Positions 8,047 through 18,014 of a stretch of DNA of 54,793 nt are shown here, piece by piece; position 1 is the stretch's first letter; each line of letters starts with the position of its first letter. Position numbers and translations under genes: made by a program. Origin of the DNA: a virus (Duplodnaviria; Caudoviricetes); IMG/VR virus record IMGVR_UViG_3300046373_000093, positions 1-54,793 of that record; one strand, written 5' to 3'. The notes beneath the pieces are model-generated. The model did no database searches. It was not told where the DNA came from and saw only the letters and a program-made list of their open reading frames with translations.

Positions 8047-8534
8047 CGCAGTCCTTTCATGCACAGCTCGCGCTCGCGCTGCCGGCGCTTCGTCAAGCCG
8101 GCCACCTCGCGACCGCCGGCCCGGTTCCACAGCAGCAGCGCATCGCACGCGCCGACCATGTCGCCGGCGTTGGCCCGGCGCGCCATGCTCGAGCTGCAGA
8201 ACGCCGACACGCCGATGTTGAAGGCTGCGTCGACGAACGCCGCGCGCTGGCCGTCCGTCAGCCGATCCATCGGCACACACTGGGCGATGCCGGCGGCGTG
8301 CCGCTCCAGGTCGCGGTCCAGCTGCGCGTCGCACTCAGCCGGCGTGTAGACCTTGCCGGACCGGGCGTTTTCGGTGGCGCCGTCGCAGTAGGTCAGGACA
8401 CCGCCGATGTCGCGGTAGGTCTTGAGGACTCGCCCCTCCTGCACCGGTGTGAACGCCAGCAGCGCGGCGGCCGCGGCGGCGCCAACGACGGCCAGCAAGC
8501 CGAGGCGCGATGGCTTCTTGCTTTGCTCAGCCAT
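8043..8534 (-). CDS. SAR endolysin, GH24 lysozyme
   Basis: N-terminal Ala/Gly-rich SAR helix; EG......D....TYCDG catalytic triad; GLTKRRQRERELC. Confidence 0.93.
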   Translation of the reverse strand: MAEQSKKPSRLGLLAVVGAAAAAALLAFTPVQEGRVLKTYRDIGGVLTYCDGATENARSGKVYTPAECDAQLDRDLERHAAGIAQCVPMDRLTDGQRAAFVDAAFNIGVSAFCSSSMARRANAGDMVGACDALLLWNRAGGREVAGLTKRRQRERELCMKGLR

Positions 8535-8766
8535 TCGCGGCCTCCTTCGCTTTCGTCGTCGCGCGGCGCGATGCGTGCACGACGTTGTAGATCACGACGG
8601 CCAGACCCACCCACTTGTAGACGTTAGCCGGCAGGTACGGCGCCAGGGCCGGCAGGTTGTCGATGATCGCCTGGATGATCTGGTCGGTGAACGGGAATGC
8701 AGCCAACAACATGGCGTTGAACCAGACGCCGGCCGATGCCAGCCAGGCCTTGAGCCGGGCCATCAC
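8527..8766 (-). CDS. Two-TM membrane protein, putative holin/antiholin
   Basis: Two hydrophobic helices and a basic tail; between holin and endolysin. Confidence 0.65.
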   Translation of the reverse strand: MMARLKAWLASAGVWFNAMLLAAFPFTDQIIQAIIDNLPALAPYLPANVYKWVGLAVVIYNVVHASRRATTKAKEAANG

Positions 8767-8975
8767 GATTTCACCTCGAGCTTGGCCAGGGTGACCTCAA
8801 ACGCGCGCTGCTCGCGCATGTCGCGGCGGCGCATATAGAATGCGTTGAGGAAGAAGGTGGCCAGGGCGGTGAAGATGCCGACGAAGATGCCCCATTGCGT
8901 CAGGGTCATAGACGCGACGATCGCCACGACGGCCCCGGCGTAGCTTCCCGCTTCAGGTGCGCTTACTTGATTCAT
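8763..8975 (-). CDS. HP1-family-like holin
   Basis: SYAGA....ASMTLTQWGIFVGI...LATF..N.FY.RR. Confidence 0.8.
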   Translation of the reverse strand: MNQVSAPEAGSYAGAVVAIVASMTLTQWGIFVGIFTALATFFLNAFYMRRRDMREQRAFEVTLAKLEVKS

Positions 8976-8995
8976 TTTTGCCTTTCGGTGGGCGT

Positions 8996-9019
8996 AAAAA
9001 AGCCCGCGTCTTGCGGGCT
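8996..9019 (-). terminator. Intrinsic terminator between tail and lysis genes
   Basis: AGCCCGC/GCGGGCT stem plus T run on the - strand. Confidence 0.65.
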
Positions 9020-9043
9020 GGGTGGCTTGGAGGGTATGGCGCA

Positions 9044-9280
9044 TCAGCGGTATTCCGCCGGCAGTTGAGCGCGCAAGCGCTCGGAGTCGTACGCAGCCTT
9101 GCAGTGGCCCGGCTGCCAGAAAAAAAGCCCATCAATGATGGACCTCATAACGCCGTACGGGCGGGCCGCTCGCAGCCGCCAGCAGCGCGCGCTGATCGTC
9201 TCGTCGCTGTAGCCACCCAGGATCGCGTTCGCCAACTGATCGGCGGCGATCGCCACCTCACGCAGGCGGGATCTCATCAC
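9044..9280 (-). CDS. Conserved small phage protein
   Basis: DQLANAILGG..DETISAR...IDGLFFWQPGHC motif. Confidence 0.75.
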   Translation of the reverse strand: MMRSRLREVAIAADQLANAILGGYSDETISARCWRLRAARPYGVMRSIIDGLFFWQPGHCKAAYDSERLRAQLPAEYR

Positions 9281-9759
9281 AGCCCCGCTGCGGTGGTGAA
9301 CAGCGCGTCAAGCGCCCCGTCATCGAGGTCGAGCGCGGTGCCGAGCATCGTCACCGTGGGCGAGTTGCGCTCCACGTCGCTCGCGTAGTCCCACTCGATG
9401 CGCGCCGCCTCCTTCTGGGGGCTGGGGAGCGAGTCGATTGCCGCGTCGACGCCGGCATACTTTCCGCTGGCGAGCAGGGCCAGCCGGGCCTGGCGCATCG
9501 TCACGGACTGCGGGACGGCTGGTGGTGCGGGCGCTGCCAGCGGCGCGAGCTCCAGGCCATCGCGCGCGCCATTGGTGCGGTAGTTGACCCAAGCCGCCCG
9601 GGTCTCCTCGTCGACCTCGATCATGCGGCCGGCGTGCTCCTCGGCGGGCACTTGAAAGTAGCTGCCATCGAGGGTTCCGTCGGCGGCGAAGGTGACGTAG
9701 CCGATTGGTTGAGGCACTGCCGGCTCGGCCGGCTCAATGATCGTATCGATAGTTTCCAT
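9277..9759 (-). CDS. Tail fibre assembly-like protein
   Basis: VPQSVTMRQARLAL...IEWDYA...LDALF motif; follows fibre gene. Confidence 0.75.
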   Translation of the reverse strand: METIDTIIEPAEPAVPQPIGYVTFAADGTLDGSYFQVPAEEHAGRMIEVDEETRAAWVNYRTNGARDGLELAPLAAPAPPAVPQSVTMRQARLALLASGKYAGVDAAIDSLPSPQKEAARIEWDYASDVERNSPTVTMLGTALDLDDGALDALFTTAAGL

Positions 9760-10721
9760 TAGCTCAGCTTGGTGATTTTCATTTCGGAATAGACCTCGAT
9801 GACGCCGGCGCCGGAGCTAGGCACCGCGATACCATTTTGGCCGTAGTGGTCAAGGCGGATGTTCTTCGCCGAGGTAACGGTGACTCGCGCAAGCACGATG
9901 GACTGAGTAATCGAGCCGTAACTGGCGTCGGACTTCCCGTTGGTACCAACTTCGATCGTCACGTTACCAGTTGCGTCGTACAGCCTGGCCTTGTGCCCAT
10001 CGCAGCCACAGGCCGGCGCCACCGCCTCAATTTCGTAGGCGCCTGCCACAGTCAAGGTCACCATGTTCGAGGCAAGGCTCGCGCCTGGGATTGTGTTGAA
10101 CTTGACGGTGTTGAGTGCTCGTGTTGTCCACCCAGAACCCGGCCCGTCACCAACCGTGCCAGATGGCCTCTCGTAACGAACGTACATGGACGGGAGGACG
10201 TTCACTGGACCGGCATCTCCTTTATCGCCGGTGCGCTGGAAGAACATTAGGATATCGTCACCGTTCGTCAGGCCGCCAGAGCTTCCGGCGACCGCAATTC
10301 CCGCAATTCCGCCCACGACCCCGCCGCCATTTTGAGAATACGACGAGACTGTGTACACAGCCCATTTGCTGGGGTCCCCAACTTTACAGATGCGAATTTG
10401 TCCCTTTTGCGCGCTCGTCGCCCCAGAAAACATGCTCGCCAATAAATTACTGACATCGGCGCCCCTCGCATCCGTCGCATCGATATATGCCGATCCATTA
10501 CTCGGAAGTGTGAAATACCCACCCTTATCGATAGTCGCTGCACTGCCGCTCAATTTGTATGGAATCGCATACACTCCGCCGGCCGTAGCGGAATTGAAGT
10601 TGCCTACATCACGATTGAATTCGCTGACCAAAAGTGGAATGCGCGTGCCGAAAAATTCATCGACGTCGCTGCGGAATGTCGGGCTCGTCCGGTCCAGTGG
10701 AGGAATTGTTGAAAGTGTCAT
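9759..10721 (-). CDS. Tail fibre / receptor-binding protein
   Basis: Gly/Ser/Thr-rich, short GDKGDAG collagen-like linker, lower GC, position at end of tail module. Confidence 0.7.
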   Translation of the reverse strand: MTLSTIPPLDRTSPTFRSDVDEFFGTRIPLLVSEFNRDVGNFNSATAGGVYAIPYKLSGSAATIDKGGYFTLPSNGSAYIDATDARGADVSNLLASMFSGATSAQKGQIRICKVGDPSKWAVYTVSSYSQNGGGVVGGIAGIAVAGSSGGLTNGDDILMFFQRTGDKGDAGPVNVLPSMYVRYERPSGTVGDGPGSGWTTRALNTVKFNTIPGASLASNMVTLTVAGAYEIEAVAPACGCDGHKARLYDATGNVTIEVGTNGKSDASYGSITQSIVLARVTVTSAKNIRLDHYGQNGIAVPSSGAGVIEVYSEMKITKLS

Positions 10722-11630
10722 TTAAAGCCCTTCGATTTCAATGTTGAGCAGGTGGTAATCGTCGTAGGAGACGGTGATCCCGAAGTCTTTGTAAAAGCCG
10801 TAGCTGATCATCGGCTCATAGCCGACCTGGTCGGCGCCGATGTAGATGCAGGGCGTGGCGCGCAGCGAAGCCAGGCGGCGGTAGAGCTTGTTGAAGTCTG
10901 CTTTTGCAGTCAGGACTTGCAGCGTGCAGTGCTTGCTATAGTCGCGCTCCAGCACGTCCGAATTACCGAACTCGTCTCTACCCTTTTTGCTGAAATCGAT
11001 GATTCCGACCGAGGCGCCGCGCAACGTGCTCCCGACATCGATCACTTGGCCGACCTGCACCACGCCAACCGACACACCGGCGGTGCCGGTCAACCGCACC
11101 GTGAGCTCGCAGCTTGGGTATTGCTGCGGCAGGTCGGTCAGGACGAAGTCGGTGAGCTGCTCGTAGTCGGCGAAGAACCAGTCGTAGACGCTGGTGATGA
11201 GTGTGCCGTCAAGCTCGATCGTCCTGTCGTAGACCAGCGGCCCGCCGGGCGCCGTTTTCATCTGCACCTCGGCCTGGCGCCCGGTGAGCTCCAGCATCCC
11301 GATGCCGCCGGCGCCACCGGGGCGCAGGACATAGGTCATGTCTGTGTCGGCGGTAGTGGCGGTACCGACCTTCCGGTCGAAGCCGCCCCAGCGGTTCGTT
11401 GGACCGATGGCCTTCCAGTTGACCGAATCGCTCTCCGGCGGGCTGGCGGTCTGGCCCGCCGTAGTGCGCATGTAGGTGGTGTGCGTCGAGACCCGGATTA
11501 CTTCGTCGCCCACCTGGTAGGTGACGTTCGGGGCCCAAAGCACCTCACCCGCAGACGGCTCCGGCACGGTGCTGGAAGTCAGCATTGCGTCGGTGATCAC
11601 CGTCGGCTTGATGATCTTCATGCCGCTCAT
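10722..11630 (-). CDS. Tail tip / minor tail protein
   Basis: Immediately after tape measure; IDFSKK.RDEFGN motif. Confidence 0.7.
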   Translation of the reverse strand: MSGMKIIKPTVITDAMLTSSTVPEPSAGEVLWAPNVTYQVGDEVIRVSTHTTYMRTTAGQTASPPESDSVNWKAIGPTNRWGGFDRKVGTATTADTDMTYVLRPGGAGGIGMLELTGRQAEVQMKTAPGGPLVYDRTIELDGTLITSVYDWFFADYEQLTDFVLTDLPQQYPSCELTVRLTGTAGVSVGVVQVGQVIDVGSTLRGASVGIIDFSKKGRDEFGNSDVLERDYSKHCTLQVLTAKADFNKLYRRLASLRATPCIYIGADQVGYEPMISYGFYKDFGITVSYDDYHLLNIEIEGL

Positions 11631-14600
11631 TAACCCTCCACCTTGACATTGATCGAGTCGTTCGTCACCCTGACATCGATCGGGTCGTTCGTCCGTACGT
11701 TGATCCCATCCTCGCTGGTCACGCGGTTGAGCACTCGCGAGGTTTTCTCGGTGTGACCGGCGATCGCCCGTGCTTCAGCGCGCAGGCCCTTGACCTCTTC
11801 CCGCAAGGCCTTGAGTTCAGCAGCCATAGCCGCACTACCACTATCGCCGCCAGCGCGCGCCAGGAGCGCCGCAGTCTGGTTGCTGCTCCAAATCCGCGCC
11901 GGCCCGGTTGCCTCCAGCTCAGGGCCGTCCTCACCGACGATGCGCAAGCCGCCGCCGAACATGCCGCCGGCCGCGAAGCCCGGGATGCCGTGCAGCTTCT
12001 TGTACTCGCCCGACTTCATGATTTCGGCCCGGATGGTGTCGATCGACTGACCGGTGCCGAGCCAGTACTGCAGCCCGGCCGCGTCAGCCGTGCGCCCGCC
12101 CAGCAGGTCCTTGTAGGCCGACTGGATCTGCGCCTCAGCCGAACCCGAGATCATCGACGTGATGTCCGAGATCGAGGTGCCTCCGGCAGCCACCTGCTGC
12201 CAGTACTCCAGGCCTGCGGCTTCCGGCGCCCGGCCCAGGTACTGTTGGTAGGCGTTGTTCACGCCCTGGGTCGCTGAGACGATCGGGTTGCTCTTCGCGC
12301 TCAGGATTGCGCCGCTCAGCGACTCCATTGCCTGGATCAGGGTCAGCCCGTTGGTGTTGATTCCCTTGAGGATGTCGATCTGATCCTGCGCGTTGCTGAC
12401 GACCTGGTCGAGCGCCGTGAGCTGGTCCTGCGCCGCTTTCAGCGCCTGCTGCTCGATCGACAGTGAATCGTCGGTCAGGCCGGCCAGTTGCCCGATGTCG
12501 TTCTGGGTCTGGTACAGGTCCCGCAGGTAGTCCGTGTACGAGCCAAACTGCGAGCTCGCATCCTGGGTCACTGCGCCCAAGGCTTTCTTGAGCGAGGCAA
12601 CCTGCGCATCCGACAGCGAGCCACCGGCTTTGGTGATCGCCAGGTCGGCACGAATTTCCGCCTGCGCGCGGGCACGGCTTGCCGCCGTCTGGTCAGCAGA
12701 CTTCATGCCGTCCAGGGTCGAGTGCAGCGTTTCCGACAGCGACTGCAGCTTTGCCACTGCCGCCGCGTGAGCGTCGACGGTCACCTGCACCGCTTTTTTC
12801 TCACGCTCGACGACCTTCTGCAGCACCGAGAACGCCGAATCGACGTCGCCGAGCATCGTGCCGGCAGCGTCCTTCACTGCCTGCAGCGCTGCGGCCTGAT
12901 CTTTCAGTGCCTGCTCCTGGTCCTTCAGAGCCTGTATCTGGTCGAACAGCGACTGGTTGCTTGCGTCGAGCGCGGCGCGCTGCTTGGCCAGCAACTGGGA
13001 TGACGTCATGGTCATCTCGTCGAGCTGGTCCTGAAGGCTCTTGCGCTCGCTCGCGATATCAGACTCCGACCGCGACAGCACCCCCGAGGCTGAATGCACC
13101 TGGGCGAATGCATCCGCCAACTGCATCATCGCCGTGAACTGCTTCGCGCCGGCGTCGGTCGTCAGGTCCAGCGAGTTGACCACCTGCTTGAACTGGTCGC
13201 GCGTGGTCACCGACGCCAGACCCAGGCTCGACATGGCTTCGTCGACCGCCTTCTTCACCGGCGCCAGCTTCTCCGCGTCGGTCAGGTAGTTCTGGGCGTA
13301 CGACGATGCCCACGACGTCAGGTTCGATGCGCTGCCAGCCAGGTCGACCAGGCGCTCGCGCGCTGCGGCCGACTCGATGCCGACGGTGCCGAATGCTTCC
13401 GCCGCGGTCTTGCCCAGCAGCTGGGCCATCTGCGTGGTTGCATCGAAGTCACCGGCCAGGCGCTCGAGCGTGCTCGCCGCCGTTTCACCGGTCTTGGAGA
13501 ACTGCACGATGTTCGGGATCAGCTGGGTTGCCAGTTCGTCGCCGACGCTGGTGAGCAGCTTGGTGATGCCGTCTTCGATCTTCCCGTCCTTGCCCAGGTC
13601 GATGTTGAAGGTCTTGCTGTAGTTGGCGATCGAAGCGGCGTCGATACCCACGCTTTTGGCGAAGGCCGAGGACACGCCCTTGATCTGGTTTAGGCCGTTG
13701 GTGATCGCGGCGATCTTGTCCACCGAAAACGGAGTGCTGTCAGTGCCGTCCCTGTCGGAGCGAAACCAACCTCCGTCCTGCTTCCACTTCGCGTAGCTGT
13801 CAGCCGTCGTGCCGGCACTGGACAGCGTGCCTTTGATGCCCGTCGTCCGGGTTTCCTTGTCGCCCATGCCGAAGGCGCGGTTGATCAGGCCACCGATGGC
13901 GCCACCAATGGCACCGCCGATCGGTCCGCCCACAATCGCGCCGACGATAGAGGCGACGTTAGTCACGGCCTGCCCGTGCGCCACGCTGTAGTCGCCGGCG
14001 ATGGTGTTGCCGATCGCATGCCCCGCATACAGGCCGGCGCCGTAGCTTGCTGCCGCGCCGGCCATACCAGCCAGCGGCGTGAGTGCCTGGCCGGACGCTG
14101 TCGCCAGACCGGAAGATGCCAGCGGCGTATAGCCCATGGACGTCATCGCCGACTGGACACTGCCAGCCACCGCATCGGACAGCCCGGTGAAGCCACCGCT
14201 GATAGCCTTGTAGATGCTCGACGCAGCGCTGGCAGCGCTAATCAACGGGTTGCCACCTGGCGCAGCACCGGCAGCCGAGCCAGCAGCATCGCCGAGCCCC
14301 GGGATTGCGGCGCCGGCCGAGGTGAAGGCTGCGCGAATATCCAGGTAGATCGGCTTCAGCGCCACCTGCCAGATCCATTCGTACAGCCCGTTCTTGAGCG
14401 CCTGCTTTGCCCGGTCGGCCGCCGACTTGGCGCCGTTCTCGATGCTCAGGAAGGTTTCGTGCGCAGCGGACTCGATGCCGTCCCACGTCTTCTTCTGCTC
14501 ATCCAGGAAAGGCTTCGCCGCCTGGTTTGCGTACCATTCGTTGAAGTTCTGCTGCAGGCGCATCTGGGCTAGCGTGCCGTCGCCAGCGTTCTTGATGCGC

Positions 14601-16924
14601 TCTTCCCATACCTCGGAGTCGATCGCCAACTGCGCTGCGGCGCGCGCCTTGTCGTCGGCCAGGTACTGCAGGCCAAACTTCTTGTTCTCGTCCTCCAGCT
14701 GAGCTGCATACTGAAGCGCCTTCGTTTGGCCGAGGGTTGCCTGCGCCACCTCAGCACGGACCTTCGCTTCAGCATCGAGCTGAGCAATGATCTGATCGGT
14801 AATCGGCTTCTTGTCCTCGCGGAGCTTGGCCAGCTCCTTTTCCTTCCAGGTTTCAGCCTCGACAGCGGCCATTGCGATGGCGCGGGCGTCGGCGGTTTTG
14901 CCGTACATTTCGTACTCGACAGCGAGCGCGGCCGACTGTTGCGCCCTCGCCAAAACGCTGTCGGTGATGTACTTCGCCACCTCGCGCTGAGCCTGGTCGG
15001 CTTTCAACAGCTTCTCGGATGCCGCCAAGTCGGCGAGCTTGGCCTGCACGATCGCCTTGTGGCTGTCGGACAGCTTCAGCTTTCCGGTGGTCAGCTCCTG
15101 GTCGATCTTGATCTGCAGCTTTTGTGATTCGGAGGCATCCTTCCCGATCGCGACTTCAAGCTTGTTTTCCTCGATCTTGGCCTGGATGGCTGCGGTGACG
15201 GTGGCGTAGGCTTCGGTCTCTTTTTTTAGAGCGGCAGCCGCAGCGGCGGCGCCGCCATCGCTATTCCCGTCGTAGTCGACCGCTTTTTTCGCCTTACCTG
15301 CCTCGACGCCAACTTTCTGAATTTCTCCGATGCGAGCACGAATCTTGGAGCCAAAAGTTTCATCGCTGAACGCACTCGATATATCACTGACAACCGACTT
15401 CCCAATGCTCGCAACGGCGACACCCGCAACACGTGCAGTCTCCCAGCTTTGCCTGAATTCCCCGTGGATAAATTGCATGGCGGCGCTGGCCAAACCGGTA
15501 AGGCCGGTGGTGGCAATCGCCAGACTCGCGCCCATCGTTTTGCCGACCGCATCGACAAGCCGGCCGACATACTGAAACCCATCAAGCAGGTAAGTCAGCG
15601 CCGTGACGCCAGCGCGCGTCCACCTCGTAATGCTCCCATCATCCGCCAGCCCCTTGACGATGTCCTTCAGTCCGCCTGCTTGAGTCGTGACGTCAAGGAA
15701 CGCCTGGCTGGCCTCATACAGGCCGGGCAACATGCCATACGAGATCGCCTTCTGCATGGTAGCGCTGCTCTGATGGATCAGCGTCAGGTTATCGCCGAAG
15801 TTGTCTGCCATTGCGGCCATTGCCGCCTTGGATGCGATCTCCTGAGCGGTCAGGCTCTTCGTCAGGCTGTCGCTCTCCGCAGCAATATCTCCCAAGAACG
15901 GCAGAAGCTTTGCCCCCTCCCTGCCATACAGCGTCATCGCAACAGCGGACTTACCGGCGCCGTCACTGAAGTTATCCATTGCCTGGGCCACAGCAATCAT
16001 TTGCTGCTCCGGCGACATTGCCTTCAGCTTGTCGAAGTCAATCCCGATTGCCTTAAGCGCCTGGCCGAGGCCCTTGCTCTCCTCGCTTGAAACGGCCATA
16101 CCCTTGGCGAGCTTGTTCATCGCGCCGCTGATCGTCTCGACCGAGGTGTCCGACGTTTCGCCGATCCGCTTGAATTCCATCAACGCAGCCACGGACGCGC
16201 CAGTCTGGATCGACAGGTCATGCATGCTGGCGGCAGCGTCGATATTTTCCTTGATAGTATGGCCAAGCATCGCGCCGCCAGCAGTCAGGGCGGCAAGCGC
16301 GGCCATCGCAATTCGAAGCGGCGTGAAAGCCGCCAGCATGCCCCCGGCACCCTTCTCGGCCTCGCGCATTTTCGCGATCATCGGCGCCGCCGATTCGCTC
16401 ACACCCAACTGGGCTGCGCGCATCTCGGCGAGTTCCGATGCCGTCTTGCCGATCCCCTCGGTGCGCGACTTAAGGCTCTCAAGGAATTTAGTTGACTCGT
16501 CGAGTTTGCGTTGCGCCTGGGCTGCGAGCTCCGTCTTTTTGGTGGCGGCATCCAGTTGATCCAGGTACGGGCGAAGCGCGGCAACGTTGAGCCCGCGCTG
16601 ATTCGCCAGGGCGGCATAGTACTGCGCCGACCCCTTCGCGCCGGAGTCCATGCTCGCGGTCGCGCGCGTGATCGAGTCGGCCATTGCCTTGGTGGCGCGA
16701 TCCATTTTGGCGGCTGCAGTGCTGGCGCCATCACCGACGCCGCTCAAACCCGGCCCGCTGCCGATATCCTCGATCGCCCTTCCGGTGGACTTGGCCGTGG
16801 CACCGAGGTTTTCGAGGCTCTTGCCAGTTTTCGCGACCGCGTCATCGATCGGGCGCAGGCCGGCTTCGACGCCGGAAGCATCAGCAACAACTTTAATTGT
16901 TGCGGTGTTGACAATATCGGTCAT
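11630..16924 (-). CDS. Tail tape measure protein
   Basis: 1764 aa, Ala-rich helical; FAAGG...VGEDGPELE near C-terminus; follows tail chaperones. Confidence 0.95.
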   Translation of the reverse strand: MTDIVNTATIKVVADASGVEAGLRPIDDAVAKTGKSLENLGATAKSTGRAIEDIGSGPGLSGVGDGASTAAAKMDRATKAMADSITRATASMDSGAKGSAQYYAALANQRGLNVAALRPYLDQLDAATKKTELAAQAQRKLDESTKFLESLKSRTEGIGKTASELAEMRAAQLGVSESAAPMIAKMREAEKGAGGMLAAFTPLRIAMAALAALTAGGAMLGHTIKENIDAAASMHDLSIQTGASVAALMEFKRIGETSDTSVETISGAMNKLAKGMAVSSEESKGLGQALKAIGIDFDKLKAMSPEQQMIAVAQAMDNFSDGAGKSAVAMTLYGREGAKLLPFLGDIAAESDSLTKSLTAQEIASKAAMAAMADNFGDNLTLIHQSSATMQKAISYGMLPGLYEASQAFLDVTTQAGGLKDIVKGLADDGSITRWTRAGVTALTYLLDGFQYVGRLVDAVGKTMGASLAIATTGLTGLASAAMQFIHGEFRQSWETARVAGVAVASIGKSVVSDISSAFSDETFGSKIRARIGEIQKVGVEAGKAKKAVDYDGNSDGGAAAAAAALKKETEAYATVTAAIQAKIEENKLEVAIGKDASESQKLQIKIDQELTTGKLKLSDSHKAIVQAKLADLAASEKLLKADQAQREVAKYITDSVLARAQQSAALAVEYEMYGKTADARAIAMAAVEAETWKEKELAKLREDKKPITDQIIAQLDAEAKVRAEVAQATLGQTKALQYAAQLEDENKKFGLQYLADDKARAAAQLAIDSEVWEERIKNAGDGTLAQMRLQQNFNEWYANQAAKPFLDEQKKTWDGIESAAHETFLSIENGAKSAADRAKQALKNGLYEWIWQVALKPIYLDIRAAFTSAGAAIPGLGDAAGSAAGAAPGGNPLISAASAASSIYKAISGGFTGLSDAVAGSVQSAMTSMGYTPLASSGLATASGQALTPLAGMAGAAASYGAGLYAGHAIGNTIAGDYSVAHGQAVTNVASIVGAIVGGPIGGAIGGAIGGLINRAFGMGDKETRTTGIKGTLSSAGTTADSYAKWKQDGGWFRSDRDGTDSTPFSVDKIAAITNGLNQIKGVSSAFAKSVGIDAASIANYSKTFNIDLGKDGKIEDGITKLLTSVGDELATQLIPNIVQFSKTGETAASTLERLAGDFDATTQMAQLLGKTAAEAFGTVGIESAAARERLVDLAGSASNLTSWASSYAQNYLTDAEKLAPVKKAVDEAMSSLGLASVTTRDQFKQVVNSLDLTTDAGAKQFTAMMQLADAFAQVHSASGVLSRSESDIASERKSLQDQLDEMTMTSSQLLAKQRAALDASNQSLFDQIQALKDQEQALKDQAAALQAVKDAAGTMLGDVDSAFSVLQKVVEREKKAVQVTVDAHAAAVAKLQSLSETLHSTLDGMKSADQTAASRARAQAEIRADLAITKAGGSLSDAQVASLKKALGAVTQDASSQFGSYTDYLRDLYQTQNDIGQLAGLTDDSLSIEQQALKAAQDQLTALDQVVSNAQDQIDILKGINTNGLTLIQAMESLSGAILSAKSNPIVSATQGVNNAYQQYLGRAPEAAGLEYWQQVAAGGTSISDITSMISGSAEAQIQSAYKDLLGGRTADAAGLQYWLGTGQSIDTIRAEIMKSGEYKKLHGIPGFAAGGMFGGGLRIVGEDGPELEATGPARIWSSNQTAALLARAGGDSGSAAMAAELKALREEVKGLRAEARAIAGHTEKTSRVLNRVTSEDGINVRTNDPIDVRVTNDSINVKVEG

Positions 16925-16935
16925 CGAGCGCCCAT

Positions 16936-16961
16936 AAAAAAAGCCACCTCAAGGGCGGCTT
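16936..16961 (-). terminator. Intrinsic terminator after moron
   Basis: AAGCCGCC/GGTGGCTT stem plus T run. Confidence 0.65.
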
Positions 16962-16980
16962 ATGTTGGTGTTGCTTATTA

Positions 16981-17214
16981 CTACTTCGAGTTGATCTCCC
17001 CAAGCATCTGGCGACCCAGGGGTGTATCGATCGGAACAAGCTCGCGACTACCGCAAGCGCGGCATACCTGATGACGCCGAGAATGGCGCCATAAACTATA
17101 AATAATCCCTGGAATAAAAAAACATAGCCAGAGAATAATCTCGATAAGGATTGAGCCAGGCGTTTTCGATCCAGGCCTGCCCACCGTGCCGCACTGCTTG
17201 CATATTTTTTGCAT
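16981..17214 (-). CDS. Small membrane protein with CxxC...CxxC (LITAF/Pmp3-like) moron
   Basis: CKQC, hydrophobic hairpin ILWLCFFIPGIIYSLW, CRAC; AT-rich; own RBS and terminator. Confidence 0.8.
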   Translation of the reverse strand: MQKICKQCGTVGRPGSKTPGSILIEIILWLCFFIPGIIYSLWRHSRRHQVCRACGSRELVPIDTPLGRQMLGEINSK

Positions 17215-17262
17215 TTCCCCCTCCCTGTATTGGAAAAGAGATATTACACCAGCACAAATAGC

Positions 17263-17597
17263 CTACTTGCTCCGTGAAGCGCGCTCTTCCATCTGTTCGT
17301 GCATGACCTGCAGCGCAGATGCTTCCATGATCTGCAGGTCCTCATCAAGCTGGTCGTATTCGGCGGGCGACAGACCCATCCGGTCCATCCGCTGATATGC
17401 GATGGCGAACCGCAGCCCGAACGGACCATTCATCGCTACATACCACTGCGTGCGCATGCCCTGAAACAGCCTGTATGCCCGCTCGTTCTCGGGCCATACT
17501 TCGATCGACGTTGCGACATCCTCTGGCGTCAGGCCAGCGACCGCGAGTTCCTCTGCGGTCGGGTCTGACGTATAGAGGGCCGCCGCAACGTCGACTA
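17263..17597 (-). CDS. Tail assembly chaperone C-terminal part (gpT-like, DUF1799-like), made by -1 frameshift
   Basis: Open -1 frame LVDVAAALY...EVWPEN...MRTQW continues from the slippery site. Confidence 0.8.
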
Positions 17598-17909
17598 GTT
17601 TTTTGCGCGCGCTGCCGTCAGCTCAGCCATATAGGTCTGCACCACTGCCTGACCTGCCCCCATGTAGTTGTCGACCAGTTGCTGCAGGCTCTTCTCGCCG
17701 AACGCGTCCTCGAGCTCCCAGCCACTGGCGATGTCGAGCAGGATCTCGACGTCCTTGCGGCCATCCATGCTTTCCACGAATTCCTTGAATTCGTCGCGGC
17801 TGCGATGCTTGAAAACGAATTCGACCTGGACGGATTTGCCGCCGGGGACTTGGATGGTGACGGCCGCCTTGAAGGTCGGGGCTGGGACGAGGGAGAATTT
17901 CTTTGCCAT
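17595..17909 (-). CDS. Tail assembly chaperone (gpG-like)
   Basis: PTFKAAVTI.VPG...FKH...GWEL; ends in GCA AAA AAC TAG. Confidence 0.9.
   Translation of the reverse strand: MAKKFSLVPAPTFKAAVTIQVPGGKSVQVEFVFKHRSRDEFKEFVESMDGRKDVEILLDIASGWELEDAFGEKSLQQLVDNYMGAGQAVVQTYMAELTAARAKN
17598..17604 (-). other. Programmed -1 ribosomal frameshift site A AAA AAC
   Basis: X XXY YYZ heptamer just before the gpG stop; -1 frame open to 17263. Confidence 0.85.
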
Positions 17910-18014
17910 GATGTTTTCTTTCGGAGATGGGAATAAAAAGACCGCGAGGAGCTACCCCGCGGCGGTAAAGGCCGGCGCTGACAGTGCGGCGCCGGCTGGC
18001 AAAACGGCTGCGGA

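Noticed and set aside
9277-11630. Diversity-generating retroelement or invertible tail-fibre cassette
   Set aside because: No reverse transcriptase, invertase or duplicated template/variable repeat seen.
10752-16937. Many long + strand ORFs opposite the tail and tape measure genes
   Set aside because: Antisense shadows expected in high-GC coding DNA; no motifs.
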